A stretch of 60,251 nucleotides of DNA from a virus. Lineage: Duplodnaviria; Caudoviricetes. Both the position numbers and the translations under genes were made by a program. The notes under the pieces were generated by a model. It worked only from the letters and a program-made list of their open reading frames with translations. It made no database searches and was not told where the DNA came from. Position 1 is the first letter of the stretch, and each line of letters starts with the position of its first letter. The stretch is taken from IMG/VR virus record IMGVR_UViG_3300033153_001386, positions 1-60,251 of that record, one strand, 5' to 3'. This document shows, one piece after another, positions 35,656-44,042 of this stretch.

Positions 35656-36948
35656 ATGCCTATACCTCCCGGAACAAAATTTCACGGCGTCGCTCCCGAT
35701 GTCGAGACAGAAAACAAGGGGTCTGCGAGCCGCAATGCTAACCGTGACGTCTACACCATTGAGGAGTTTGGCGGCGGCGGCGGCGGCGGAATCTTTGAGA
35801 CAGACATTCTCTACAACCTTACCAACGGACACACGTTTGGCCGCCTATCTGGCAACGGCACGTACGCTGTTGGAGATAGCGGGGTCACTGTCGTTGATTT
35901 CATTCGTGACGTTCTCATTATGCAGAGCGCTACGTTCAGCGCGACCCCAATCCCTGCGTGGCAGTATAACCTTACGAGTGTTGACATCAACGTTCAGTGG
36001 CAATATACCGGCGGTGACAATGCGACATTGGTTCGGCGCGTCAACGGAGGTGCTATCGAAGAGTTGCAGACAGGCATCGCTCCCGGCAGTGGGACGTTTT
36101 TGGATGAGACGCTTCCTACGTTCCCTGAGTTCGCTATCAACTACGTCTACTACTACCTCAACATCTTTGATGCCGAGGGCAATCAGCTCCTTCAGGACGT
36201 AGCTATTGCTACTCAGCAAGCGTATATGGTTCCTGCTGTCACGACAAGTGTTGAAGCCGACAACGACGGTCGCTCTCCTGACGAGACTGGACTTATCCGA
36301 GAGTGGGGTAATGACGCTAGTAGTATCGAAGGTGTAGCCACGAAGATGTCTACCTACGTTCCTATGACGGAGGTTCGCATGTATCGCGGTGCTACTGAGC
36401 TTGCTTCAGTGACTGTTGTTGGTGACCCTGCCAGCGAAACTCTAAACGTTAATGGAGACACTCCTGCTAGTCCTACTACTGACTTTACGTATACGACGCA
36501 GGTTTCGGATACGCAGAGCGACAACGATGGCGACATCTATGCCAACATCAGTTCTGACCAGACGGTAAGCATGCGTCCTCCAATGATGTTTATCGCAAGC
36601 TCTCTGGATGGTTCTGGCGCTACTCCCGGTCAGGCTTTGTACGACTCTTACGCTTCTGCTTCGGACGGTTACTTCCGTCTTTTCTCTGGTGAGTTTGCCG
36701 ACACGTTCTCTACTGTAGCCACTATGGCTGACGTAGCTAACTACGCTTGGATTATTTACGATGACTCCCTTGGGGCTCCCGAGCTTCGTCAGGGCGGCCC
36801 TACAGGTCCTATCGTCAACTTTGACGACTATGGTACCGAGACTATCACTAACGACTTTGGCGTAAGCGTAACTGTTCGCTTGCTCCGCTCACCCTTCACT
36901 GGTCCTTTCTCTACAGGCACCAACTTCTACATTTCATCTAATGGCTGA
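35656..36948 (+). CDS. Virion fibre/decoration-like protein
   Basis: N-terminus MPIPPGTKFHGVAP shared with the 31818 gene; G7 linker; beta-rich acidic body. Confidence 0.6.
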   Translation: MPIPPGTKFHGVAPDVETENKGSASRNANRDVYTIEEFGGGGGGGIFETDILYNLTNGHTFGRLSGNGTYAVGDSGVTVVDFIRDVLIMQSATFSATPIPAWQYNLTSVDINVQWQYTGGDNATLVRRVNGGAIEELQTGIAPGSGTFLDETLPTFPEFAINYVYYYLNIFDAEGNQLLQDVAIATQQAYMVPAVTTSVEADNDGRSPDETGLIREWGNDASSIEGVATKMSTYVPMTEVRMYRGATELASVTVVGDPASETLNVNGDTPASPTTDFTYTTQVSDTQSDNDGDIYANISSDQTVSMRPPMMFIASSLDGSGATPGQALYDSYASASDGYFRLFSGEFADTFSTVATMADVANYAWIIYDDSLGAPELRQGGPTGPIVNFDDYGTETITNDFGVSVTVRLLRSPFTGPFSTGTNFYISSNG

Positions 36949-37756
36949 ATTTCCCGACCTACTAATCAACCCGAACCCTGACGCCCCTACTCTGGACGCT
37001 TCGGGAAACCAAGTCCGTGGAATCAACATCTTTGAGACTACGGCAGAGCGGGACGTACTGAACGCTACGGTTCGTATCCCGGGGGCCTTGGCTATCATCA
37101 AGGGTTCTGACGAGCTGTACCAGTATACTGCCGACACCGTTGACGATACTGCTTGGCAAGACGCAGGCAACTGGTTGGGCGTTGGTTCTGCTGGCGGTTC
37201 TGGTGTACAGAATCTAAACAACCTAAACGGCAATGTCACTCTCATTGCGGGAGATGGCATTGAGATTGATGTGATTACCGGGAACAACGAGATTGAGATT
37301 ACCTCCACTGGAGGAGGGGGAGGGAGCACTGATGGAGAAGACATTTCTTTTATCGTTCGCGACGCTCCATACACGAGTGACTATGACCACGAGGGCACTG
37401 TATTCAACTTTGGTCTCATTGGCACCCTAAGCTTTCGTGTTTATCGGTGGAGTGGAGCTTCATGGATTGCAGCGGACAACACGGGAGTTTCTAATGCTAC
37501 TGGTTTATTGGCACTTGGATTGAATAGTGACGCCTTCGTTTTAGAAAAAGGGATAGTGTCTTTGACTTTTGCTCCTCCTTTTACTGCGGGTGATGTTTTG
37601 TATCTCGGCAGCGGAGGCGCCCCATCCATCACTAATGACATCAGCACATTGACTTCGGGTGAAATCGTTCGGGTTGTTGGTGTCTATCTAGGTCAGTCTG
37701 GTAGCGTTTACAAAACCTACTTCAACCCAAGTCCGGATTGGATTGAGATTGCATAA
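36941..37756 (+). CDS. Fibre/adaptor-like structural protein
   Basis: V..LN.L.G.VTL fibre motif; C-terminal GDVLYL...VRVVG...YFNPSPDWIEI like the 33508 gene. Confidence 0.6.
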   Translation: MAEFPDLLINPNPDAPTLDASGNQVRGINIFETTAERDVLNATVRIPGALAIIKGSDELYQYTADTVDDTAWQDAGNWLGVGSAGGSGVQNLNNLNGNVTLIAGDGIEIDVITGNNEIEITSTGGGGGSTDGEDISFIVRDAPYTSDYDHEGTVFNFGLIGTLSFRVYRWSGASWIAADNTGVSNATGLLALGLNSDAFVLEKGIVSLTFAPPFTAGDVLYLGSGGAPSITNDISTLTSGEIVRVVGVYLGQSGSVYKTYFNPSPDWIEIA

Positions 37757-38745
37757 TGGAGATAGGTAAAATATCTGGAGCCCCTGCATCGGGAGTTAGT
37801 GTTTCCGGCGTAAGCGATTGGGCTGCGATTGGCGGATATTACAACACCCCTCCTATGGAGCTTAAGTTTAATACCGCTCTTGGTGATGGATTGCCTCAGC
37901 TTTCGATTGGGTTGAGCGGTCTTGCCGGCAGTCCGATATGGCCCAATTTTGTTGATTGGGGTGACGGAACTTTAGAGGAGCTCGTCAGTAATCCGCAGAC
38001 ACACACGTATTCAACGGGTGGTGTGTATGATGTTAAGTTTTTCGGATATGGGGTTTTTTCCGCTCAAAACGATTTACAAACCAAGCTTGTTGAAATCAAT
38101 AAATGGGTAGACACTATTGAGCTTCTATCACTTAATAGTTGCTTGCAGCTAACCGCAATAAACGACTCCAATCCGGCTGTTATTACTAGCGGTGCTGGAG
38201 TATTGTTGTTGAGCAACTGCCCGCTTCTTTCCGTTACATCTGGTATAAACAACTGGGATGTCAGCTCTCTTACCACTTTAAATAGCGCCTTTTTAAATTC
38301 TTTGCTTTTTGACGGAGACGTCAGTGGTTGGGACGTTAGTGGGGTTTCTCAGTTTGGTTTTTTGTTTAATGGCGCCAGTTCATTTAACCAAGATGTCAGT
38401 GGTTGGGACGTAAGCAGCGGCTCATTTTTTGGCAGCATTTTTAATAATGCCACTTCCTTTGACCAAAATGTAGGGGCATGGCAGTTTGGAAATAATGCGT
38501 TATGTGATTTCTTTTTTGCTAATTCCGGTATTAGCGATGCTAACGTAGCGTTGTGTCTAGAGGATTGGGATAGCGTTGGTCAAGGCACGGGAGTCGTTAT
38601 GACCAATATGTTTGGGACGACAGCTAGTGGTGGCGGCCCAAGGACATTAAGTGAGTCTACTTATCCGAACGCGAAGACTGCTTACGATAACCTCATTGCA
38701 AACAACAGTTGGAATTTTACCGGTTCATTTAACTGGGTTGCATGA
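37756..38745 (+). CDS. DUF285/BspA-like leucine-rich repeat protein with a PKD-like N-domain
   Basis: VDWGDGT...THTY..GG.Y.V; ~25-aa repeats WDVS...F..A.SFNQDVSGWDVS. Confidence 0.75.
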   Translation: MEIGKISGAPASGVSVSGVSDWAAIGGYYNTPPMELKFNTALGDGLPQLSIGLSGLAGSPIWPNFVDWGDGTLEELVSNPQTHTYSTGGVYDVKFFGYGVFSAQNDLQTKLVEINKWVDTIELLSLNSCLQLTAINDSNPAVITSGAGVLLLSNCPLLSVTSGINNWDVSSLTTLNSAFLNSLLFDGDVSGWDVSGVSQFGFLFNGASSFNQDVSGWDVSSGSFFGSIFNNATSFDQNVGAWQFGNNALCDFFFANSGISDANVALCLEDWDSVGQGTGVVMTNMFGTTASGGGPRTLSESTYPNAKTAYDNLIANNSWNFTGSFNWVA

Positions 38746-38815
38746 ATTATATTTACGGGAAGAATGACCACGACCAGTATTGGATTTATTGGGAGGGCAC
38801 ATCATACGAGGCGAC

Positions 38816-39025
38816 ATGTCCAGCACCATTACCTTATTCGAAATCCTTACCCTCGCGGGGGCGCTTATTGGAGTATACTTCAAGCTTCAAACCGAAATCG
38901 GAAAGCTAAAGGGACGCATCGCTATGTTGGAAAAGCAGGAGTTGCAGGTCATGAGTATGCTAGAGAAGCTCATGAATTCTGTTGACGAGCTCAAGCTTCT
39001 CCTCGCTCAAAAGGGAATGAAATGA
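38816..39025 (+). CDS. Small membrane/coiled-coil protein of the lysis cluster
   Basis: N-terminal hydrophobic helix followed by a coiled coil; ATGA-coupled to the endolysin; start uncertain. Confidence 0.5.
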   Translation: MSSTITLFEILTLAGALIGVYFKLQTEIGKLKGRIAMLEKQELQVMSMLEKLMNSVDELKLLLAQKGMK

Positions 39026-39375
39026 AGTACTTCACCTACTCTGAGTTTGACAGTCCTGACCTCCCCGGCTCTGGCCATGAGATGGAGGATATCTTCCTAG
39101 AGAAGCTGGATTTGGCTCGTGAGCAGTCTGGAGTTCCTTACGTTATCAACTCTGGCTTTCGGACGCCTGAGCATAATGCTGAGGTGGGGGGAGTCCCGGG
39201 AAGCTCACACCTTACGGGTTGGGCTGCTGACATCCGTGCCGATAGTTCCAACCGACGGTTCCTTATTCTTCGCGGCCTCCTTGCCGCTGGATTCAATCGT
39301 GTGGGTATAGGCCAGAACTTCATCCATGTGGACTGTGACCCGAGCAAATCGGGCAACGTTTCTTGGTTGTATTGA
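39022..39375 (+). CDS. Peptidase M15A-type endolysin
   Basis: INSGFRT..HN..VGG...SSH..G.AADI...FIHVD Zn-peptidase motifs. Confidence 0.85.
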   Translation: MKYFTYSEFDSPDLPGSGHEMEDIFLEKLDLAREQSGVPYVINSGFRTPEHNAEVGGVPGSSHLTGWAADIRADSSNRRFLILRGLLAAGFNRVGIGQNFIHVDCDPSKSGNVSWLY

Positions 39376-39393
39376 ATTGCGTACCTTGGTTCT

Positions 39394-39558
39394 ATGATTG
39401 ATTTTATCGTAGAGAACTGGATTCCATTGACTGTTGCGGCCATGGCGCTTTTGAAAGTCATCGTGAATCTAACCCCTTCTGAATCTGACAATGCCGTATT
39501 TGGTTATCTCGATATCCTTATTACTGCTATTACTGGCGACCGCCGTAAGAAGAAGTAA
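39394..39558 (+). CDS. Holin-like small membrane protein (54 aa), missing from the ORF track
   Basis: MIDFIVENWIPLTVAAMALLKVIVNLTPSESDN...RRKKK*; follows the endolysin. Confidence 0.6.
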   Translation: MIDFIVENWIPLTVAAMALLKVIVNLTPSESDNAVFGYLDILITAITGDRRKKK

Positions 39559-39559
39559 G

Positions 39560-40798
39560 ATGGCTAAGATTAATAACGGAAATAGCTATCCGGTTAAACC
39601 CGCTCCTCTGAGTGGGGCGGATACGGCTATTGGTACTGATTCTGAAACGACAGACAAAGAGACCAAGCAGCTTAGTGTTCAAGCTATTGCTGACTTTACT
39701 CTGGACCAGAGTAACGTAGTCAACTCCGTTACTGGTTCTGACCCAATTAAAGTAACCCCTACTTCGGGAGACGTTGTCGTTAGTCATGATACAAGTGGCG
39801 TAACGGCCACTTCATATCAGTACGCAAACATTGTTGTAGATGAGTACGGCCATGTTACTGCCGCCTACGACGGTACTCCTGTCACTTCGGTAAATGGTGT
39901 TGACGGAGCTGTTACTCTTAGTGCTGGAACAGGAGCTAGTGTTGTGACGGACCCGAGTAACCCTCAGAACATCATCATCTCCGCTCCGGGTGGCGGAGGA
40001 GGTTCGGGTAGCGTTACTGAAGTTAATACAGGAATTGGACTGTCAGGCGGTCCAATTACTACCACGGGCACCATTGACCTAGATAATACGGGAGTCGCTG
40101 CGGGAACATACGACCTTGCTACCGTTACTGTCGACCTTCAGGGTCGTATTACGTCTGCTTCTAACGGGCCAAATATTGACCTTCAGTACGTACTTGATAA
40201 CGGAGGTGTAGCGAATTCAGGCAGCATCACTCTTACGGGTGGAGGTGTCATTGCTCCCACTGCCGTTGTTGGGACTATTAGTTCTTCAGCCGCTACTATT
40301 CAGGACTTGACCCTTACAGAGTCTTTGATTGATGGCAACTCCTCGACAGGTACTTTGGGTCAGGTGTTGGTTTCAGACCCGACTCTTAATGGTGGAGCTG
40401 GAGGTGTAGTGTGGAGCGATGTTACTACCCGAGTTGCTAAGGCTACGGTTAGTTCTGCTGCTTTGAACGCAGCTACCCCAGTTACTGTGGTGGCGGCACC
40501 CGGAGCGGGGAAGTACATTCAGGTAATTTCGGCGGCGGCGAAGTACAACTACGGGACTTCTAACTATAGTTTTTCATCTCCTTTGAAGTTGTATAGCAAT
40601 TTAAATTCTGCTCAATTTGAGCTCAACGAAGCATTTCTTCTTCTTCCAGCCTCTCAGATTAGAGCTATGTCGTTGACCGATAGTGGTGCGTTAGACGAAA
40701 ACACAGCCGTGTTCTTTTCTCCGACAACTATTCCTTCAGGTCCTGCTGGAGACGGGGATATTGAGCTTAACATAGAGTATCGGATTGTAGAATTTTAA
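39560..40798 (+). CDS. Tail fibre-like protein
   Basis: Likely start MAKINN at 39560; repeated GV.A..Y....VD..G.VT.A, VTSVNG..GAVTL, GLSGGPITTTGTI motifs. Confidence 0.7.
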   Translation: MAKINNGNSYPVKPAPLSGADTAIGTDSETTDKETKQLSVQAIADFTLDQSNVVNSVTGSDPIKVTPTSGDVVVSHDTSGVTATSYQYANIVVDEYGHVTAAYDGTPVTSVNGVDGAVTLSAGTGASVVTDPSNPQNIIISAPGGGGGSGSVTEVNTGIGLSGGPITTTGTIDLDNTGVAAGTYDLATVTVDLQGRITSASNGPNIDLQYVLDNGGVANSGSITLTGGGVIAPTAVVGTISSSAATIQDLTLTESLIDGNSSTGTLGQVLVSDPTLNGGAGGVVWSDVTTRVAKATVSSAALNAATPVTVVAAPGAGKYIQVISAAAKYNYGTSNYSFSSPLKLYSNLNSAQFELNEAFLLLPASQIRAMSLTDSGALDENTAVFFSPTTIPSGPAGDGDIELNIEYRIVEF

Positions 40799-41022
40799 TG
40801 CGTGACATACGCAAGGTTTGTATCGGTCCTGACTATAAGGACTCTATGTGCTACGTGGTGGGACAGTCCGTACTGGGCGGCTCCCACCGTGTGCATTTAA
40901 TTAAATACAGTGATGAGACCGGGGGTATCCTTATCTACATCCAGAAGGGGGACATCGTGGTGCTTTGGAAAGAGTTCAACGGAACCATGCCCATTTCAAT
41001 AGAATACAATATCAACTTTTGA
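40798..41022 (+). CDS. Conserved small phage protein
   Basis: IRK.CIGPDYK..M.Y.VGQ...WKEFN..MPISIEYNINF; TAATG-coupled. Confidence 0.7.
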   Translation: MRDIRKVCIGPDYKDSMCYVVGQSVLGGSHRVHLIKYSDETGGILIYIQKGDIVVLWKEFNGTMPISIEYNINF

Positions 41023-41573
41023 GAGCAGTCAATCAGTTTATCGTAAAGGGAAAGAGATACAACAACACCAAGGGCGACCTCATCGTAAGCACGAGTGAGG
41101 AAGACCACCTCTTCTCAAACCGAGAGGGGGAGGTCGTAGCCCTTCCGTTGGGGTATGAGGGTCCTATTGCCATTGGGGATACCCTACTGGTGCATCACAA
41201 CGTCTTTAAGTTCTACAACGACATAAAGGGTCGTCAGCAGAGCGGGCGCAGTTTCTTTCGTGAAGACCAGTTCTTTGTTGACTTCGACCAGTTCTATATG
41301 TATCGGACTCCCGGTGGTGGGTGGATTCCCCAAGGAAGGTATTGTTTTGTACAGCCCGTACCCCCAGAAGATTCAACCATCTTCAAGCCAATAACTGAAG
41401 AACCACTGGTTGGTATAATGCGTTACCCGAATGATTATCTTACGGGTCAAGGAATTGAGTCTGGTGATGCAGTGACTTTCTGTCCGGAGAGTGAGTATGA
41501 GTTTACAGTGGACGGTGAGAAGTTGTACCGGATGTTCGACCATCAAATAACATGCAAGATTCAAAGAAGCTAA
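41019..41573 (+). CDS. Second GroES-like protein, apparently two tandem Cpn10-like barrels
   Basis: Probable TTG start overlapping the upstream TGA; GEVVALP...IAIGDTLLVHHN and FVQP...G...GD.V.F...SEYEF.VDGEKLYRM. Confidence 0.55.
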   Translation: MRAVNQFIVKGKRYNNTKGDLIVSTSEEDHLFSNREGEVVALPLGYEGPIAIGDTLLVHHNVFKFYNDIKGRQQSGRSFFREDQFFVDFDQFYMYRTPGGGWIPQGRYCFVQPVPPEDSTIFKPITEEPLVGIMRYPNDYLTGQGIESGDAVTFCPESEYEFTVDGEKLYRMFDHQITCKIQRS

Positions 41574-41833
41574 AGCAGAGCATCATCGCAGCGGGGCGGG
41601 TAGCTGTTGAGCAACTAATTAAGGTGGCTCAAGAGGATATCCTAAAGCCTAGCGAAGACGATGAGCTTGCGGCGGATAGGTTGAAGAATGCGGCGGCTAC
41701 CAAGAAGCTCGCCATCTTCGACGCCTTTGAAATTTTGAACCGCATCGACTCGGAAGAGGAGGAGCTGGAGTTGGCGTCGGGCACCACCAAGACGGAAAGC
41801 AAGGTGGGTTTTGCAGAGCGAAGGTCAAGATAA
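41552..41833 (+). CDS. Putative terminase small subunit
   Basis: Helical 93-aa protein directly before TerL. Confidence 0.5.
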   Translation: MQDSKKLKQSIIAAGRVAVEQLIKVAQEDILKPSEDDELAADRLKNAAATKKLAIFDAFEILNRIDSEEEELELASGTTKTESKVGFAERRSR

Positions 41834-44042
41834 TCTGTACCGCCCCGTAGTGGGTTTGGTTACAAAGTCCGTTGTGTCTAACAAGAACCGCGCTAAGACG
41901 TGGGTCTATGGATACAATGAGAAGTACGATATGGTGGTCATCTCCAAGTCTGGAAAGATTGGTGACATCATTAACATCAACGGCGTTAACATAGCGTTGC
42001 CACCCTCGCCAAAGGACTTGGATAGGGGCGAAGATAGGTGGGTTCGTAAAGAGTTCCCTCGTGCCCTAAGCCGCGTTCAGAACATCTTCCAGTGGAACGA
42101 TATGCCTAAAGGCTTTAAGGCCGATTGGGTGGACTATATCGAGAGCGAGTTCGACCGTCGGGAGGAAGGCCATTGGTTCTACAACAACGGTAAGCCTACG
42201 TACGTCACTGGCGCCCACTATATGTATTTGCAATGGACAAGTATCGACGTGGGTTATCCTGATTTCCGTGAGGCCAATCGAATATTTTTTATCTTCTGGG
42301 AAGCGTGCAAAGCTGACAACCGATGCTTTGGAATGATGTACCTCAAGATTCGTCGTTCCGGATTTTCTTTCATGGGCTCTTCGGAGTGTGTCAACACTGG
42401 TACTCTAGCCAAAGACTCACGAGTAGGGATACTATCTAAGACCGGTTCTGATGCGAAGAAAATGTTTACGGATAAAGTGGTACCCATTGCCAACCGACTT
42501 CCGTTTTTCTTCAAGCCGATACAGGACGGCATGGATAAGCCGAAAACGGAATTGGCTTTTCGCATACCTGCTTCGAAGATTACAAAGAAGAATATGTACG
42601 ATGTGGAGGACGAAGAGATTTTCGGACTGGACACCACCATCGACTGGAAGAACACTGACGACAACTCTTACGACGGAGAGAAGTTAATCCTACTGGTACA
42701 CGACGAGAGCGGGAAGTGGGTCAAGCCCAACAACATCCTAAACAACTGGAGGGTAACCAAGACGTGCCTACGTTTGGGAAGTAAGATTATTGGAAAGTGC
42801 TTGATGGGCTCGACGTCGAACGCTTTGGCTAAGGGCGGTTCAAACTTTAAGAAGTTGTACGAGGACTCGGACCCTACGTCACGAAATGCCAACGGTCAGA
42901 CTAAGAGTGGGATGTACTCTTTGTTCATCCCTATGGAGTACAATATGGAGGGGTTCATAGACCAGTATGGACACCCCGTATTCAACGCTCAGGACAAGCC
43001 CGTGCGCGGCGTTGATGGGGAGATGATTCGCGGTGGCGCCATAGACTATTGGGACGCGGAGGTAGAGAGCATGAAGGGAGACCCTGACGCGCTCAATGAA
43101 TTCTACCGTCAGTTCCCTCGAACTGAGTCACACGCGTTCCGTGACGAGAGTAAGCAGAGCTTGTTCAACCTGACTAAAATCTATCAGCAGATAGACTATG
43201 CAGATAGCCTTGTTAAGGAACACTATCTAACCCGTGGGTCCTTCAGTTGGGAGAACGGCATTAAAGATAGCCGCGTGATATTTAGGCCCGATAAGAGAGG
43301 CAGGTTTAATGTTTCGTGGACCCCGAACAAGGGGCAGCAAAATAGGTGGATAGAAAAGAGAGGAATCAAATATGCTGGCAACGAACACCTTGGTTCATTT
43401 GGATGTGACTCTTACGACATTAGTGGCACTGTGGGTGGCGGTGGTTCTAACGGTGCTCTTCATGGAATGACCAAGTTCCATATGGACGACGCCCCTACCA
43501 ACGAGTTCTTCTTGGAGTATGTGGCTCGACCGCAGACGGCAGAGATATTCTTTGAGGAGGTGTTGATGGCGTGCGTATTCTATGGCATGCCCATCCTTAT
43601 CGAGAACAATAAGCCGAGGTTGCTTTACCACTTCAAGAACCGGGGTTACCGTGGGTTCTGCATGAACCGTCCGGACAAGAACTTCAACAAGCTAAGTAAA
43701 ACGGAGAGGGAACTGGGAGGTATCCCAAACAGTTCTGAAGATGTTAAGCAGGCTCACGCCGCTGCTATCGAAAGCTACATCGAGAAGCACCTTGGTGTAG
43801 ACATGGACGGAACGTACCGTGATGTAGGAGAGATGGGCAGTATGCCTTTTGTACGTACTCTCGAGGATTGGGCTCGTTTTGACATCAGTAATAGGACTGC
43901 TTTCGACGCTACTATCAGCAGTGGTTTGGCCGTTATGGCCAACCAAAAGCACCTCTATATGCCTGAGCAGAAGAAGAGTTCTATAAGCATTAACTTGCCG
44001 AGATACAACAACCGTGGTTTTCGTAGTGAGAGATTGGACTAA
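41811..44042 (+). CDS. terL: Terminase large subunit
   Basis: LKIRRSGFS Walker A, LLVHDESGK Walker B, GSTSN motif III, GCDSYD and ENN in the RNase-H nuclease domain. Confidence 0.9.
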   Translation: MQSEGQDNLYRPVVGLVTKSVVSNKNRAKTWVYGYNEKYDMVVISKSGKIGDIININGVNIALPPSPKDLDRGEDRWVRKEFPRALSRVQNIFQWNDMPKGFKADWVDYIESEFDRREEGHWFYNNGKPTYVTGAHYMYLQWTSIDVGYPDFREANRIFFIFWEACKADNRCFGMMYLKIRRSGFSFMGSSECVNTGTLAKDSRVGILSKTGSDAKKMFTDKVVPIANRLPFFFKPIQDGMDKPKTELAFRIPASKITKKNMYDVEDEEIFGLDTTIDWKNTDDNSYDGEKLILLVHDESGKWVKPNNILNNWRVTKTCLRLGSKIIGKCLMGSTSNALAKGGSNFKKLYEDSDPTSRNANGQTKSGMYSLFIPMEYNMEGFIDQYGHPVFNAQDKPVRGVDGEMIRGGAIDYWDAEVESMKGDPDALNEFYRQFPRTESHAFRDESKQSLFNLTKIYQQIDYADSLVKEHYLTRGSFSWENGIKDSRVIFRPDKRGRFNVSWTPNKGQQNRWIEKRGIKYAGNEHLGSFGCDSYDISGTVGGGGSNGALHGMTKFHMDDAPTNEFFLEYVARPQTAEIFFEEVLMACVFYGMPILIENNKPRLLYHFKNRGYRGFCMNRPDKNFNKLSKTERELGGIPNSSEDVKQAHAAAIESYIEKHLGVDMDGTYRDVGEMGSMPFVRTLEDWARFDISNRTAFDATISSGLAVMANQKHLYMPEQKKSSISINLPRYNNRGFRSERLD

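Noticed and set aside
31818-40798. Diversity-generating retroelement acting on fibre genes
   Set aside because: No reverse transcriptase and no template/variable repeat pair differing at adenines was seen
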